A DNA stretch of 64,000 bases from Trueperaceae bacterium (GTDB taxonomy: Bacteria; Deinococcota; Deinococci; Deinococcales; Trueperaceae), in assembly GCA_965214405.1 (NCBI GenBank), contig OZ243956.1, forward strand, positions 3,200,001 to 3,264,000, in the 5' to 3' direction. A model generated the notes under the pieces. The model had not been told where the DNA came from. It ran no database searches and saw only the letters and a program-made list of their open reading frames with translations. How positions within the stretch are numbered: the stretch's first letter is position 1; every line of letters starts with the position of its first letter. A program made the translations under genes and the position numbers. Positions 10,363 through 20,757 of the stretch are shown here, one piece after another.

Positions 10363-10878
10363 ATGGCAGACACCGCCGAAAGATTATCCGACCTTCAAGT
10401 TCAGTGGGACCCCCTTCCCGAGGCGCTCACGAGCGTTACCGGCTTCATGCTCTACTGGGTCACGGGTTTGGCTGGGCAATTCTATACGCGAGCGGTTGGC
10501 ACGGTGGGGCTAGAACCTCAGCAGGTCGCTGCCTTGCAACTTTTGGCGCTCGAGGGACCCAGAGTGCAAGCGAGACTCGCCGAGCGACTGCGTATCAACA
10601 AGGCGACGATGGTGGGTATTCTCAACAGTCTTGAGGAGAAAGGCTTGGTCGAGCGCCGTCCCTATGCGAGTGACAAACGCGCGCTGGAAGTTCATCCGAC
10701 AGAAGCGGGGAGAGAAAAGGCCGAGGAGGTCGCGCGGGTCAACGCGGAAGCGGACCGCATCTTCTTTGGGGCTTTGAGTGACGAAGAGCGCCACACTTTT
10801 CACGCGCTTCTTTCAAAGCTTGCGACGAGTCGGTCATTGTCTGATAGAGGGGATAAGCATGACCACACAAACGCTTAG
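10363..10878 (+). CDS. MarR-family transcriptional regulator
   Basis: wHTH LAERLRINKATMVGILNSLEEKGLVER, DKR wing, TEAG; ATG 10363 after GAGG (ORF could start at 10339). Confidence 0.88.
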   Translation: MADTAERLSDLQVQWDPLPEALTSVTGFMLYWVTGLAGQFYTRAVGTVGLEPQQVAALQLLALEGPRVQARLAERLRINKATMVGILNSLEEKGLVERRPYASDKRALEVHPTEAGREKAEEVARVNAEADRIFFGALSDEERHTFHALLSKLATSRSLSDRGDKHDHTNA

Positions 10879-11269
10879 AACAGAGCGCCAGGGTTACGTC
10901 AGGGTGGCGCGTTGGTCTTTTGTCACCGCCTGCTGGCTCTACGCCGTGGGGGTGACGCTGCAAGTTTTCTGCATCGGTATGGTGTTTCTGGCAGGACAAG
11001 GAGGGTGGTTGGGGCTTCACCGCACCGTAGGGCACAGCATCGGATTTTTTGCCATTTTGGCGCTTCTGAGCGGCTTATTCGCTCGGCTACCCTGGCGGCT
11101 GCTTATGGGGGCTCTGGGTCTTTTCCTCTTGCACGGTCTTCAGTACGCGTTTCTCGAGGCGAGCGGCGGCTCGTTTGTACGGGCGTTTCACGCGGTGGAC
11201 GCGGTGCTCTTGTTTTGGCTGGCAATGTCTTTGGCCCAGCAGGCCCGGCGGGTGTTGGGGCGAGGATGA
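10859..11269 (+). CDS. Small 4-TM membrane protein (DUF6220-like, conserved His residues)
   Basis: LQVF...G, LHRTVG, LQYAF, AFHAVDA pattern; overlaps the MarR stop; GAGGGG RBS. Confidence 0.6.
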   Translation: MTTQTLRTERQGYVRVARWSFVTACWLYAVGVTLQVFCIGMVFLAGQGGWLGLHRTVGHSIGFFAILALLSGLFARLPWRLLMGALGLFLLHGLQYAFLEASGGSFVRAFHAVDAVLLFWLAMSLAQQARRVLGRG

Positions 11270-11347
11270 GTACGCGGTGCAGCGTACAGCATCTCGTGCT
11301 GAGGCGTCCCTAAGTTGAACCGACATCAACAGCATCTACAACAACAT

Positions 11348-13588
11348 CTAATCGTGACTCAAATCCACCCGCTTCGCAAGCCTCGCAACCGGGCGCGGCA
11401 GCCACCAGTTCCAGCGTCCCGCCAGGGTCATGACCGCGGGCACGAGCACCATGCGGACCAAGGTCGCGTCGAGGAAAATTGCCACGCAGAGCCCCAGCCC
11501 CAGGGTTTTAATCAGGATGATGTCCGAAAAAGCGAACACGCCGCATACGGCTATCATGATTAAAGCGGCGCTGGTAATAATCCCGCCCGTGGCCGAGAGC
11601 GCGTAGGCGACGGCGTCGCGGTCCGTTTCGCCGCGCCGGTGCGCCTCGTAAATGCGCGACACCAGAAACACCTCGTAGTCCATGCTGAGCCCGAAAACGA
11701 GCGCGAAGGTAAAAATGGGCGCGCTGTTGTCCACGAAGCCCAAGGGACCGGGGAGACCTAAAAGCGACGCGCCCCAGCCGTGCTGAAAAATAAGCGTGAG
11801 CACGCCGAAACTCGCGGCGATGGTAAGCGTGTTGAGCAAAATGGACTTGAGCGGGATGAGGAGCGAGCGGAAGGTTACGCCCAGAATAATGAGCGTGGCT
11901 AAGTAGATAAGCCCGACCGCGAGCGGGAAGTCGCGATATAGGACGTGATTCCATTCCGCGTTGACGATGGGTTCGCCGCCGACCTTGGCCTCGAGCCCCA
12001 GATAACGCGCCTCGTTTCGTAACGACCGGGCGAGGCGGTGCCCCTGCGCGGGCGAGAGCGCGCCGGTGGGTACCGCCTGGACGAGTGCGTAGCGCCCGTC
12101 TCGGGAAACGGTGGCCTGCGCGAGCGGCGCGACCGGACTCGCCTCGGCAAGCGCGCGCGTGGCGTAATACTGGTTGAGCAAAATGCCGGGCACACCCGCG
12201 GTGGTAGGGGAAAAAACTTGTTCGACGCTCGAGAGCGTTCCGACCTCGCGGGTGTAACGCGACACCGCGCGCACCGCTGACGGATGGAAAAACCCGTCGG
12301 GCTGACCGAAGTCGATGAGCACCTTGTAGGGCGCGAGCAGCCCCTCGACGTTGGCGGCTTGGAGGCCCTGCAAAACCTTGTACGCGTCGGTATTTTGCGA
12401 CATGCCGCGCGCGCCGGGGTCGGCGACTTGCATCGACAGGGCGGGCAGCCCGAGCAAGAGCAGGACCACAACACCGCTCGCACCCCAAAGAAGCGGGCGG
12501 CGCGTCACGCGCTCCGCCCAGGCGTGCCAAAAGGCGCGCGTTCTCTTGCCGGGCTCGCGCCGGGTCAGCCTGAGCAGGTTGACGCGGTGGCCGAGCAGCG
12601 TGAGGAGCGCGGGCAGCGCGGTAATCGACACGAGCACGCTCATGAGCAAGACCGTCACGCCGCCTATGCCCATCGAGCGGATAAAGTTTAACGGCGGGAT
12701 GAGCAGCGCGCCGAGCGCCACGATCACCGCGCAGCCGCTAAAGGTGACCGCCTTGCCCGCGGTAAGCGTGGTTGAGGCGGCGGCCTTTTTGGGGTCGCCC
12801 AAACGGCTCAGTTCCTCACGAAAACGGTTCACGATGAGGAGCGCGTAGTCGATACCCGTGGCGAGCCCGAGCATGGTCACGATGGTCTGTGTGAAAAGGG
12901 CAAACTCAAAGATTTGACCGAGGCCGTAGAGCACCGCAAAGGTGAGCGTGACCGACAAGAGCGCAATCAAGATAGGCAGCCCCGACGCGACCACCGCGCC
13001 AAAGGCGACGACCAGCACGGCGAGGCTTAGGGGCAGCCCGTAGACCTCGGCGCGGTGGACGTCGCGCTCGCTGATGCTGCGGAGCTCGAGCGCGAGCGCG
13101 GGACCGCCCGACACGTAGAGCTTGAAACTCTCAGGTTTATCTTTAAGGGGCAGGATTTCCTCGACCGCCGCCTGCGCGTCTTCGCGCGTGTCCGCTTCCA
13201 GGTTGACGATGGCCGCCCCGTAACGCCCGTCGGGTGAGAGAAGGGGCAGCGTGGCGCTGTTGCGGTAGTCCTGCACGGACCCCACGGTAGGCAGCGCCCG
13301 CACGGCCTCGACGAGGTTGCCGAACTCCGTTTCAATCTGCGGGTCGGTCACCGGTCGCGCGTCCGAGACCGCGAGCAAGATAATTGAATACTTGCTCTGG
13401 ACCGCGAAATCAGTAAGCAGAATCTCCTGAACCGCCCTCGCCACGCTGTGGGGCGGGGTATCGGGTTGGGCGTTAAGCACCTCGCCCACGCGCGCGGCGA
13501 AAGGTAGAGCGATGAGGAGCAGGAGGCCCCAAACTAAGAGAACGCGCCAGGGACGCGTGCTAACGAGTTCGGCAAGCTTTTCAAACAC
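11348..13588 (-). CDS. MMPL-family (RND) lipid transporter
   Basis: Two MMPL halves with GLATGIDYALLIVNRFREE and FGLSMDYEVFLVSRIYE. Confidence 0.92.
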   Translation of the reverse strand: MFEKLAELVSTRPWRVLLVWGLLLLIALPFAARVGEVLNAQPDTPPHSVARAVQEILLTDFAVQSKYSIILLAVSDARPVTDPQIETEFGNLVEAVRALPTVGSVQDYRNSATLPLLSPDGRYGAAIVNLEADTREDAQAAVEEILPLKDKPESFKLYVSGGPALALELRSISERDVHRAEVYGLPLSLAVLVVAFGAVVASGLPILIALLSVTLTFAVLYGLGQIFEFALFTQTIVTMLGLATGIDYALLIVNRFREELSRLGDPKKAAASTTLTAGKAVTFSGCAVIVALGALLIPPLNFIRSMGIGGVTVLLMSVLVSITALPALLTLLGHRVNLLRLTRREPGKRTRAFWHAWAERVTRRPLLWGASGVVVLLLLGLPALSMQVADPGARGMSQNTDAYKVLQGLQAANVEGLLAPYKVLIDFGQPDGFFHPSAVRAVSRYTREVGTLSSVEQVFSPTTAGVPGILLNQYYATRALAEASPVAPLAQATVSRDGRYALVQAVPTGALSPAQGHRLARSLRNEARYLGLEAKVGGEPIVNAEWNHVLYRDFPLAVGLIYLATLIILGVTFRSLLIPLKSILLNTLTIAASFGVLTLIFQHGWGASLLGLPGPLGFVDNSAPIFTFALVFGLSMDYEVFLVSRIYEAHRRGETDRDAVAYALSATGGIITSAALIMIAVCGVFAFSDIILIKTLGLGLCVAIFLDATLVRMVLVPAVMTLAGRWNWWLPRPVARLAKRVDLSHD

Positions 13589-13749
13589 GTTTCAACCCCT
13601 TAAGCGCCCGCCGCCTCGTTACTTGGGAGGGCTGCTCCGTCCCTCCGGCGCGACCATCCGCGACGACGGGCACGTGCATCATATCCGCAAGCTCGAGAGC
13701 TGTGTGCATTTTTGCACATTATTCTAATGCACCGTTCTGATGCACCTTG

Positions 13750-13820
13750 TGGACGCTCGTTATGCGGACGCTCGTTACGCGGAAGCTCATTCTATGGATG
13801 CGCGTCACGTAGACTCCGGG
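13750..13820. repeat. Degenerate 15-bp tandem repeat (GGACGCTCGTTATGC-like, about 4-5 units), intergenic
   Basis: GGACGCTCGTTATGC / GGACGCTCGTTACGC / GGAAGCTCATTCTAT / GGATGCGCGTCACGT. Confidence 0.6.
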
Positions 13821-13941
13821 TTCAGCGCCGGGGCCTGTGAGCGGTTTAGATTATCAGGTCGGGCCATTTCATGCAGTTTAACAGCTAACACCGCTCGAGC
13901 GCCGGTCAACGCACATGCTGCACATGCTGCGCTAAAAGATT

Positions 13942-14727
13942 TTAGATACCCACAAACGACTCGATCACGCTCCGCGCTTCGCCGCCCTGCGTGCGCGTTT
14001 CGCCCGCGAGCCGCCCGTCTTCTAAAAAGATGATGCGGTCGGCGTAGAGCGCGGCCTTGGGGTCGTGGGTAACCATCACGAGGGTCCAGCCCCGTTCCTC
14101 GACGCCCGCCTTGAGGAGCGCCAGCACGTCGCCGCCGGTGCCGGTGTCCAGGTTACCGGTCGGCTCGTCGGCGAGGATCAGCAGCGGGTTGTTGATGAGC
14201 GCGCGCGCCAGCGCCACGCGCTGCCGCTGACCGCCCGACAGTTCGCTCGGGCGGTGCTTGAGCCGGTCCGCAATGTGGAGCGTGTCGGCAAGTTCTTTAA
14301 GCCGCTCGCGTCCCTCGAGCCGTCTCCCTGCGACCTCGGCGGGCAAGAGGATGTTCTCGCGCGCGCTCAAGTTGGGGATGAGTTCAAAGGTCTGAAACAC
14401 GAAACCCAGTTTTTCACGCCTCAGGCGGGTGAGCGCGTCGTCGGAAAGCCCGCGCGTCGTTTCGCCGCCCAAGAGGATTTCGCCGCCGTCGGGCGTGTCG
14501 AGGAGACCCAGGAGGTGAAGCAGCGTGCTCTTGCCCGAGCCGCTGGGACCCATGACCGCGAGAAATTCGCCTCTCGGTACCGTTAGCGACACCTGGGAAA
14601 GCGCGTGAACGGTTTCGCCGCCCAAGTGGTAGCGCTTGCTGAGGTCGCGGGCTTCAATGGCTGCATCGACAGCGCCCGTTACATCACCCGTCTCTCTACC
14701 TATCTTACTCACCTGGACTCTACCCAC
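13942..14727 (-). CDS. LolD/MacB-like ABC transporter ATP-binding protein
   Basis: GPSGSGKST, LSGGQRQR, ADEPTGNLD, VTHD. Confidence 0.92.
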   Translation of the reverse strand: MGRVQVSKIGRETGDVTGAVDAAIEARDLSKRYHLGGETVHALSQVSLTVPRGEFLAVMGPSGSGKSTLLHLLGLLDTPDGGEILLGGETTRGLSDDALTRLRREKLGFVFQTFELIPNLSARENILLPAEVAGRRLEGRERLKELADTLHIADRLKHRPSELSGGQRQRVALARALINNPLLILADEPTGNLDTGTGGDVLALLKAGVEERGWTLVMVTHDPKAALYADRIIFLEDGRLAGETRTQGGEARSVIESFVGI

Positions 14728-17352
14728 CTACTCACCTCTTAGGGCGACGACGGGCTCGAGCCGCGCCGCGCGCCGGGCAGGCAAGAGCGAGGCGAGAAAG
14801 CCCACCACCGGCGAGGCGAGGAGCGCGAGCAGCGCCAAGCGCCACGGGAAAACCGGCGTGATGCGGTAGCCCGTGAGCGCGTCCGCCCCCGCGGTGATGA
14901 CGCGCGACAAGAGGAGGCCGCAGAGCGCGCCCAAAAGCGTCCCCAAGAGCACCACGACGATGCCCTCGGCACCCACCAAGCGCCCCACCCCGCGCCGCGT
15001 AAAGCCTAATGCGCGCAAGAGGGCGATTTCGTGTTGGCGCGTGGACAAGTTCATCCCGAGCGTGTTGGCGACGCCTAAGGCGGCGATGAAGACCGCCAAG
15101 ACAAGCAGCCCGTTGGTGGTCGTGAAAATCTGCCGGGTGAGCGTGAGGACGAGGACGCGGTAGCTTTCGCTCGAGGTCACGTCTAAATAGAGCCCTGGAA
15201 AGGTTTCTCGCAGTGCGTCCCCCACCGCCTGCGGGTCCGCCCCCTCTTTGACCGTCATGACATAAAGGTTGGGCGCGGCGACGCCGAACAGCGCGCTGTC
15301 TTTGAGGCTGCCGATAAAGGTCTCGCCGCCGTTGGTAAAGTCCACAACCACACCCGCCACCGGGATGTTTTGAAAGCCCTCCGTCGTGCGTAACCGCGCG
15401 GCGTCGCCGCGCGCCGTCCCGAAGCGCTCGAAAAGAGTATTGGCCGCAATCACGCTGCCGCCCCGCCGCAACGCCTCGTAAGCTTCGCGGCTGTCACCCT
15501 CGCCTTGCAAAAACTGAAAGCGCCCAAAGCCGCCCTCCGGGTTGTACCGCTCCGGGTCCACCAAGATAAGCGCGACGGTTCGCGCGCGCTCACTCCCGCC
15601 CGGCTCAAAGCGCACCGTCTGGACCCCCACCCCGCTCACCGCGTCGAGCCCCGGCACCTCTGCCGCCGCCGCCTCTACAAAACCCTCCGGAAAACCTACC
15701 GAGGAGGTAACGAACAAGTCGCCCGTGACGGTCGCGGCGACCCAGTCCGCGATTTCTTTGTTGATGCCCGCGACCATCGCGCCCACGCCGATGGTGAGCG
15801 CCACGCCGACCACCACCGCGCCGACCGCCACCCCGTTACGCCGCGCGTTGCGCTGCGCGAAACCCGCCCCCAAGCCCCCCGCCGCCCCGAAAAGCCTCGT
15901 CAGGGGCGGGCGCAGGAGGGCGAGCGTCGGCTTTAGGAGCGCGGGCGTGGTGAGGGTGACGCCGGTAAAAAGGAGCGTCATGGCTAATGCGCTCCCAAAA
16001 ATCGCCCACCCGCCCTGCCAGGGCGCGAGCGCCGTGAACGCGCCCCCGGCCAAAAGGAACGCGCCCAGCACCGTCTGACGCGTTTTTTGTAAAGGTTCCC
16101 CGTCCTCCGCGCCCCCGTCGCTCCTCGCCGCCACGATGGGCGGCGTTTTCGAGGCGGCCCTGGCGGGCAGCAGCCCCGAAAAGAGGGCGACCACGACCCC
16201 CACCCCCGCGGCCACGGCCACGTTGCCGACGGGCACAACCAGCCTGCGAAACTCGAAGCCCAGCACGAGCGCGTTGAGCCTTGTAATGCCCAAAGACAAC
16301 CCTAGACCAAGCAGGATGCCGAGCGCCACCCCGCACACGCTCACGAAGGCCGCCTCAAAGAGCGCCAGACGCTGCACCTGCCTCCCGGTGAGGCAAATCG
16401 TCCGCAGGAGCGCGTACTCACGCGTTCTCTCGGCGGTCGCGGCGGCAAAGGTGTTGTAGGCCATAAACCCGCCCAAAGCGACGAGCGTCGCGGCGAGCAC
16501 GCGCAACCCCGCCTGGATGGTGTCGACGATGCCCGTGGCTAGGTCGCCCGAGCCCGCGGGCAAAAGGACCGTGTAGGCGTCACCCAAGGTTTCTGTGAGA
16601 CGCGCCTGCACCGCCTCGAGCCCCGCATTGGCTGCAAGATGAACCTCGATAGAAGAGACGCGGCCCCCCAGCCTGACCGCGCGCTGAAGGTCGCCTAGCG
16701 CCACCACCCCAATCCGGCCCGCGTTCGTGCTCGCTACGCCCGACGCGCCGTCGAGCAAACCCACAAGCCTAAACGTCGCCTCGCCGAAGGGCGTGGCAAA
16801 AGGAACCTCGTCGCCCAGCGTCAAGTCCCTCGACTGTGCAAAGGTCTCGGTGAGGGCGATACCGTCTGAACCCTCTTGCGGCAGCGTCCCGGTGAGCACG
16901 CGCACGTCCGAGCTCGCTGAGTCCACCCCTGACTCTATCCCACCGCCTATTTCTTTCCCATTAGAGGTGTCGCGCCCCGAGAGGAGAAACCCCGCGTTCA
17001 CCCCTGGAATCACCGGGTGCGGGGTGTTTCCTAGGTCGCGCACGGGTTCGGCGCGGTACTCGAGCACCGGCACCGCCCACCCAACACCGGGCGTGTCACG
17101 CACTTTTCTTAGAGGCTCCGCCGCCGCAAACACCGCCCGCCCCTGCGTGCCCGGCACCACAACGAGGTCGGCCCCGCCCGTGGCCGCCTCCAAGCTGCTC
17201 GCCACGTTCGCCCGGACGTTGTCGCCCACCGACAGCGTCGCCAGCACCGCCGCGATGCCCAGCGCCACCCCGAGCGTGGTAGCGAAACTCCGCCAGGGGT
17301 GACGCAGGAGGTTGCGAAAGGCGAGACGAAAGAGCGGTAGCCGGTAGAGCAT
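14728..17352 (-). CDS. FtsX/MacB-type ABC transporter permease (two FtsX halves)
   Basis: AFRNLLRHPWRSFAT; ERTREYALLR and RQHEIALLRALG; PARRAARLEPVVALR; ATG at 17352 is 6 nt after TACACT. Confidence 0.88.
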   Translation of the reverse strand: MLYRLPLFRLAFRNLLRHPWRSFATTLGVALGIAAVLATLSVGDNVRANVASSLEAATGGADLVVVPGTQGRAVFAAAEPLRKVRDTPGVGWAVPVLEYRAEPVRDLGNTPHPVIPGVNAGFLLSGRDTSNGKEIGGGIESGVDSASSDVRVLTGTLPQEGSDGIALTETFAQSRDLTLGDEVPFATPFGEATFRLVGLLDGASGVASTNAGRIGVVALGDLQRAVRLGGRVSSIEVHLAANAGLEAVQARLTETLGDAYTVLLPAGSGDLATGIVDTIQAGLRVLAATLVALGGFMAYNTFAAATAERTREYALLRTICLTGRQVQRLALFEAAFVSVCGVALGILLGLGLSLGITRLNALVLGFEFRRLVVPVGNVAVAAGVGVVVALFSGLLPARAASKTPPIVAARSDGGAEDGEPLQKTRQTVLGAFLLAGGAFTALAPWQGGWAIFGSALAMTLLFTGVTLTTPALLKPTLALLRPPLTRLFGAAGGLGAGFAQRNARRNGVAVGAVVVGVALTIGVGAMVAGINKEIADWVAATVTGDLFVTSSVGFPEGFVEAAAAEVPGLDAVSGVGVQTVRFEPGGSERARTVALILVDPERYNPEGGFGRFQFLQGEGDSREAYEALRRGGSVIAANTLFERFGTARGDAARLRTTEGFQNIPVAGVVVDFTNGGETFIGSLKDSALFGVAAPNLYVMTVKEGADPQAVGDALRETFPGLYLDVTSSESYRVLVLTLTRQIFTTTNGLLVLAVFIAALGVANTLGMNLSTRQHEIALLRALGFTRRGVGRLVGAEGIVVVLLGTLLGALCGLLLSRVITAGADALTGYRITPVFPWRLALLALLASPVVGFLASLLPARRAARLEPVVALRGE

Positions 17353-17478
17353 CGCGCTAGTGTAACGCGCGCTCCTAACGGAGGGACCTTGTTGGAAGAC
17401 GGGGGTGAACGCGCGTAGGCGCAGGGGAAAAAAGTCACACCGCCCCCGTTTCCCGCGGCTGGCGTAGAATAGCCCGTT

Positions 17479-18435
17479 ATGACTCACCCCGTTTTAAGCA
17501 TCATCATCCCCACCCACGCGCGGCGCGAGAGGCTGCGCGAGACGCTCCATCTCCTTGCGACCCTTCCCGGCCCAACACGCGAAATTATTGTGCTAGACGA
17601 CGCCTCGACGGACGGCACCAGAGCGATGCTGGCTGAGTTTCCGGAAGTTCGTACCCTCCGCAACGAGACGCCTCGAGGCTTCGAGGCGCTGCCCGAGGCG
17701 GTGGGGCTCGCGCGCGGCACATACGTGTTTCAGCTCGACGACGACGCCTATCCCGCCGAAGGAACCCTGGAGCGGGTGATGGCGCATTTTGAGGCTCGCG
17801 GACCCCGCTTAGGGCTTGTCGCGCTTCCCTTTGTCGAGCCGCGCTCCGGTCGCACTTCCTACACGCCCTATCTGCCTGCGCCCGCGCCGGGGCGCACCTG
17901 GGGCGAAGCGCGCGGCTTTCACGCGGGCGCGGTCGTGTTCCGCCGCGAAGCCCTCTTGCGTATCCCGCCGAGCCCGCCGGGTTACGTGATGTTTGAGACC
18001 GAACTCCCGACGATGATCGAATTTTTAAGCCGCGGCTGGGAGGCGGATTACCTGCCGGGTGCCCCTGTCTATCACCTTTGGGACGGACGCAAGCAGGGCG
18101 TAGGGCGGCGCGCGGCCTACTTGCCGCTACGCAACGACCTCGTGACCATCAGGCGCTACTACCGGGGCTGGCGGCAGCGTGAGATGCTTCTAGGCCGCTT
18201 TCTCACCGGCTTTTTTCACCTCGCGGCGGCGGGTCATCCGGGCGACTTTTCCAAAGCCGTAAAGGAGGCGGGCGCGATGCTCGCTACCGTCCCCGAGCGG
18301 CGGGTGCGGCCCGAGGTGCTGGCGCGCGTGTATCCGGGGTTCGACGGGCTCACGCTCACCACGCTCCTTTCGGAAACCAACCGGCGGCGGGTGGGGTGGT
18401 TTCTGGGGCGGGTGCCGATCGATCAAACGTGTTAG
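17479..18435 (+). CDS. Glycosyltransferase family 2
   Basis: SIIIPTH, IIVLDDASTDGT, QLDDD (DxD). Confidence 0.85.
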   Translation: MTHPVLSIIIPTHARRERLRETLHLLATLPGPTREIIVLDDASTDGTRAMLAEFPEVRTLRNETPRGFEALPEAVGLARGTYVFQLDDDAYPAEGTLERVMAHFEARGPRLGLVALPFVEPRSGRTSYTPYLPAPAPGRTWGEARGFHAGAVVFRREALLRIPPSPPGYVMFETELPTMIEFLSRGWEADYLPGAPVYHLWDGRKQGVGRRAAYLPLRNDLVTIRRYYRGWRQREMLLGRFLTGFFHLAAAGHPGDFSKAVKEAGAMLATVPERRVRPEVLARVYPGFDGLTLTTLLSETNRRRVGWFLGRVPIDQTC

Positions 18436-18694
18436 CAGGTAAGATTCGGTCTGGGCGAGGTGGAGCCTGAGTTTTACCGTTTAGGACGCAGCTACAAAAA
18501 TACCTGCGCTGAATTCGCTTAAGTAGCACTGAAAACCGCCCTACGCGGCGTTGCTCAGCTTTTGCCGACTTTGTTTCGTCTCGAACAGGCTTAACGGGCT
18601 GTTTACCGGCTAATCGGCACGCCGCCATTCACCCCGGCGTGACTCAGGCGGGCCGCTCGAGCCCTCCCGGCCAAAGTCATCCTAACAACCCCCT

Positions 18695-19531
18695 CTACAG
18701 CCCCGCCGCCCGCCACACCGCCTGCAAACTTGCCGCGGTAGCGGCGCAGGCTTCATCGGCGGGAAGCGCGCGCACCGCCTCGCTAAACGGTTCGACCAGC
18801 ACCGGGCCGTCATAGCCGAGCTCCTGCAACGCGCTCAAAAACGTGTTTAAGTCGATGACCCCCGTTGCGCCGGGGAGGGTTCGCTGCTGATCGATCTGCT
18901 CGTCTCGCGGCAGGTCGGGCGCGTCGTTCACGTGGACTTCAACGATCTGGTCCTTGCTCAGCTCCTGCAGGGTCTCGGCCCTTTCGTGCGCGGTAAACCA
19001 GTGAAAGCTGTCGAGCAGATAGCCCGCGTTCGGTCCTACCGCGTCGCACAGTTCGGTCATCTCCCGCAGGGTATGGATAAAGGGAAAGTGCCCGCTCGAC
19101 CACAGCGTTTTCGGACCCACGTACTCGAGCCCCAGCCGCACCCCGTGGTCGGCCAGGATGTCGGCGGCAGGGGCCAAACGCGCCGCGTGCAGCGCGAAGT
19201 TCTGCCGGTAGGTGAGTTCACTTGACACCGGCATGATCCAGGTCGAGGTCCGCGTCACGCCGAGCTCGGCGGCCACGGCGGCCAAGCGTGGCAGGTCGGC
19301 CAGCCCCTCCCTATACGCGACTTCGTCGCGGCGGAACTCGAGCGGGAACCCGAACGCCGCGGGCCGCACCTCGGCCTCTTCGGCGAGCGCGCGCACGCGC
19401 TCGGCACCCAAGTCCGCGGCCTCACGAATATCAAAGTGATAGCCCGTAAACCCGTGCCGCCGCGCCAGCTCGAGGCCTTCTGCCAAAGAGGCGCGCACCC
19501 CAAGGGCGCCGGGTAGCAGTGCGGTATACAC
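18695..19531 (-). CDS. Sugar phosphate isomerase/epimerase (xylose-isomerase-like TIM barrel)
   Basis: LGLEY, LLDSFHW, VHVNDA, R-x-LPG-x-G, GYDGPVLVE. Confidence 0.85.
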   Translation of the reverse strand: MYTALLPGALGVRASLAEGLELARRHGFTGYHFDIREAADLGAERVRALAEEAEVRPAAFGFPLEFRRDEVAYREGLADLPRLAAVAAELGVTRTSTWIMPVSSELTYRQNFALHAARLAPAADILADHGVRLGLEYVGPKTLWSSGHFPFIHTLREMTELCDAVGPNAGYLLDSFHWFTAHERAETLQELSKDQIVEVHVNDAPDLPRDEQIDQQRTLPGATGVIDLNTFLSALQELGYDGPVLVEPFSEAVRALPADEACAATAASLQAVWRAAGL

Positions 19532-19640
19532 GTCACGTCCTTTTCATGATGCAGACGATACTTGCAGAGCTTAATTCGCTTCTTTTTACGCGTTTGGTTG
19601 CTAGCAAGAGCTGGCACCGAGGGTCATTAACCACACTCGG

Positions 19641-20153
19641 CTAAGCGCCAACCTTTGCTTCATCCAAGTAGCTGTCAAAGTAGATGCGGTGACAGGTATA
19701 CCCCCCAGGATTTTTTACGAGGTAATCTTGATGGTAAGCTTCTGCGGGCCAGAACTTTGTAAGAGGTTCTAAAGTCGTCACGACGGGGTTGGGCCAACGT
19801 CCCGACCGGTTGACAATCTCGATCATCTCTTCCGCGGTTCTTTTTTCCTCTTCATCTTTGTAAAAGATAGCGGAGCGGTAGGACGTGCCGCGGTCGTTGC
19901 CTTGACGGTTAAGCGTGGTGGGATTATGAACCTGAAAGAAAAAGTCCAGGATACGCCGGTAGCTCGTCTCGGCTGGGTCATAAGTGATCTCGAGCGCTTC
20001 GGCGTGACCGGGATGACGTTGATAGGTGGGGTTGTCGTTCTGGCCTCCCGTATAGCCCACCTCGGTATTGATGACGCCGGGTTGCTTGCGAACCAAGTCT
20101 TCTAATCCCCAGAAACAGCCCCCCGCTAACACTGCGGTTTCTTTTTTAGCCAT
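19641..20153 (-). CDS. msrA: Peptide-methionine (S)-S-oxide reductase
   Basis: [48 protein letters not shown] before ATG 20153. Confidence 0.95.
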   Translation of the reverse strand: MAKKETAVLAGGCFWGLEDLVRKQPGVINTEVGYTGGQNDNPTYQRHPGHAEALEITYDPAETSYRRILDFFFQVHNPTTLNRQGNDRGTSYRSAIFYKDEEEKRTAEEMIEIVNRSGRWPNPVVTTLEPLTKFWPAEAYHQDYLVKNPGGYTCHRIYFDSYLDEAKVGA

Positions 20154-20395
20154 GATGAAACCTCCTTGGGTCATCATACGCCTTCTCGTTCGGTCACGGC
20201 GTCTCGGTAAACGCATCAATACCTTAGACGCGGTAGGGGCAAGGGTGATAGGTGAGTGGTTCTGCTCGAGGAAACTGAGGATACTGGGAATATGAAGGAA
20301 GTCGAAGGGCAAACCCGAGAAGCGTCTAAGGTCGTGTTCGGTATGACGCTCGGCTCGAGTCGTCCTCAGTGCGGGCTCAGTACGGGTGCAAACCG

Positions 20396-20705
20396 TCACA
20401 AGGTGTACAACGGCCCGTACTTGCCCGTCAGATAATCCGAATAAGGCCCTGAGCGAAGCCCTTCGCCGGTGGCGCGGCGCAAGAGGGCGTTGGGAAGAAA
20501 GCGCCGCCCGTGGCGGTGGACGTTTCGCCCGAGCCAGGCGAGCAGCGGCGCAGCGTCACCCTCCGCCAAAGCGGGCGCGACCAAAGCCTCTTGCGCCTTG
20601 GCCGCCTCCAGCCAAAGCGCGCTCATCACGTTGCCGACGGTGTAGGTGGGAAAAGAGCCGAAAAGCCCCGCGCCCCAGTGAACGTCTTGCAGGCAGCCGT
20701 GGGTA
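20396..20705 (-). pseudogene. C-terminal fragment (~100 aa) of an M32 carboxypeptidase (carboxypeptidase Taq family)
   Basis: Translating upstream of the listed ORF gives GCLQDVHWGAGLFGSFPTYTVGN...[13 protein letters not shown]...ATGE...YLTGKY; the N-terminal ~400 aa and the HEXXH motif are absent. Confidence 0.8.
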
Positions 20706-20757
20706 CGGTTGCGGCTTTTGGCGGTGAGTTTATTAAGGAGTCCAGCACAACGTCCAC

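Noticed and set aside
13750..13820. Short repeats as a possible CRISPR array (also 54575-54638 and 23862-23970)
   Set aside because: Units are 15-16 bp, contiguous, with no unique spacers and no cas genes.
13740..14033. 97-aa plus-strand ORF with DARYA repeats
   Set aside because: No RBS, overlaps the ATPase 3' end in antisense, and is explained by the DNA tandem repeat.
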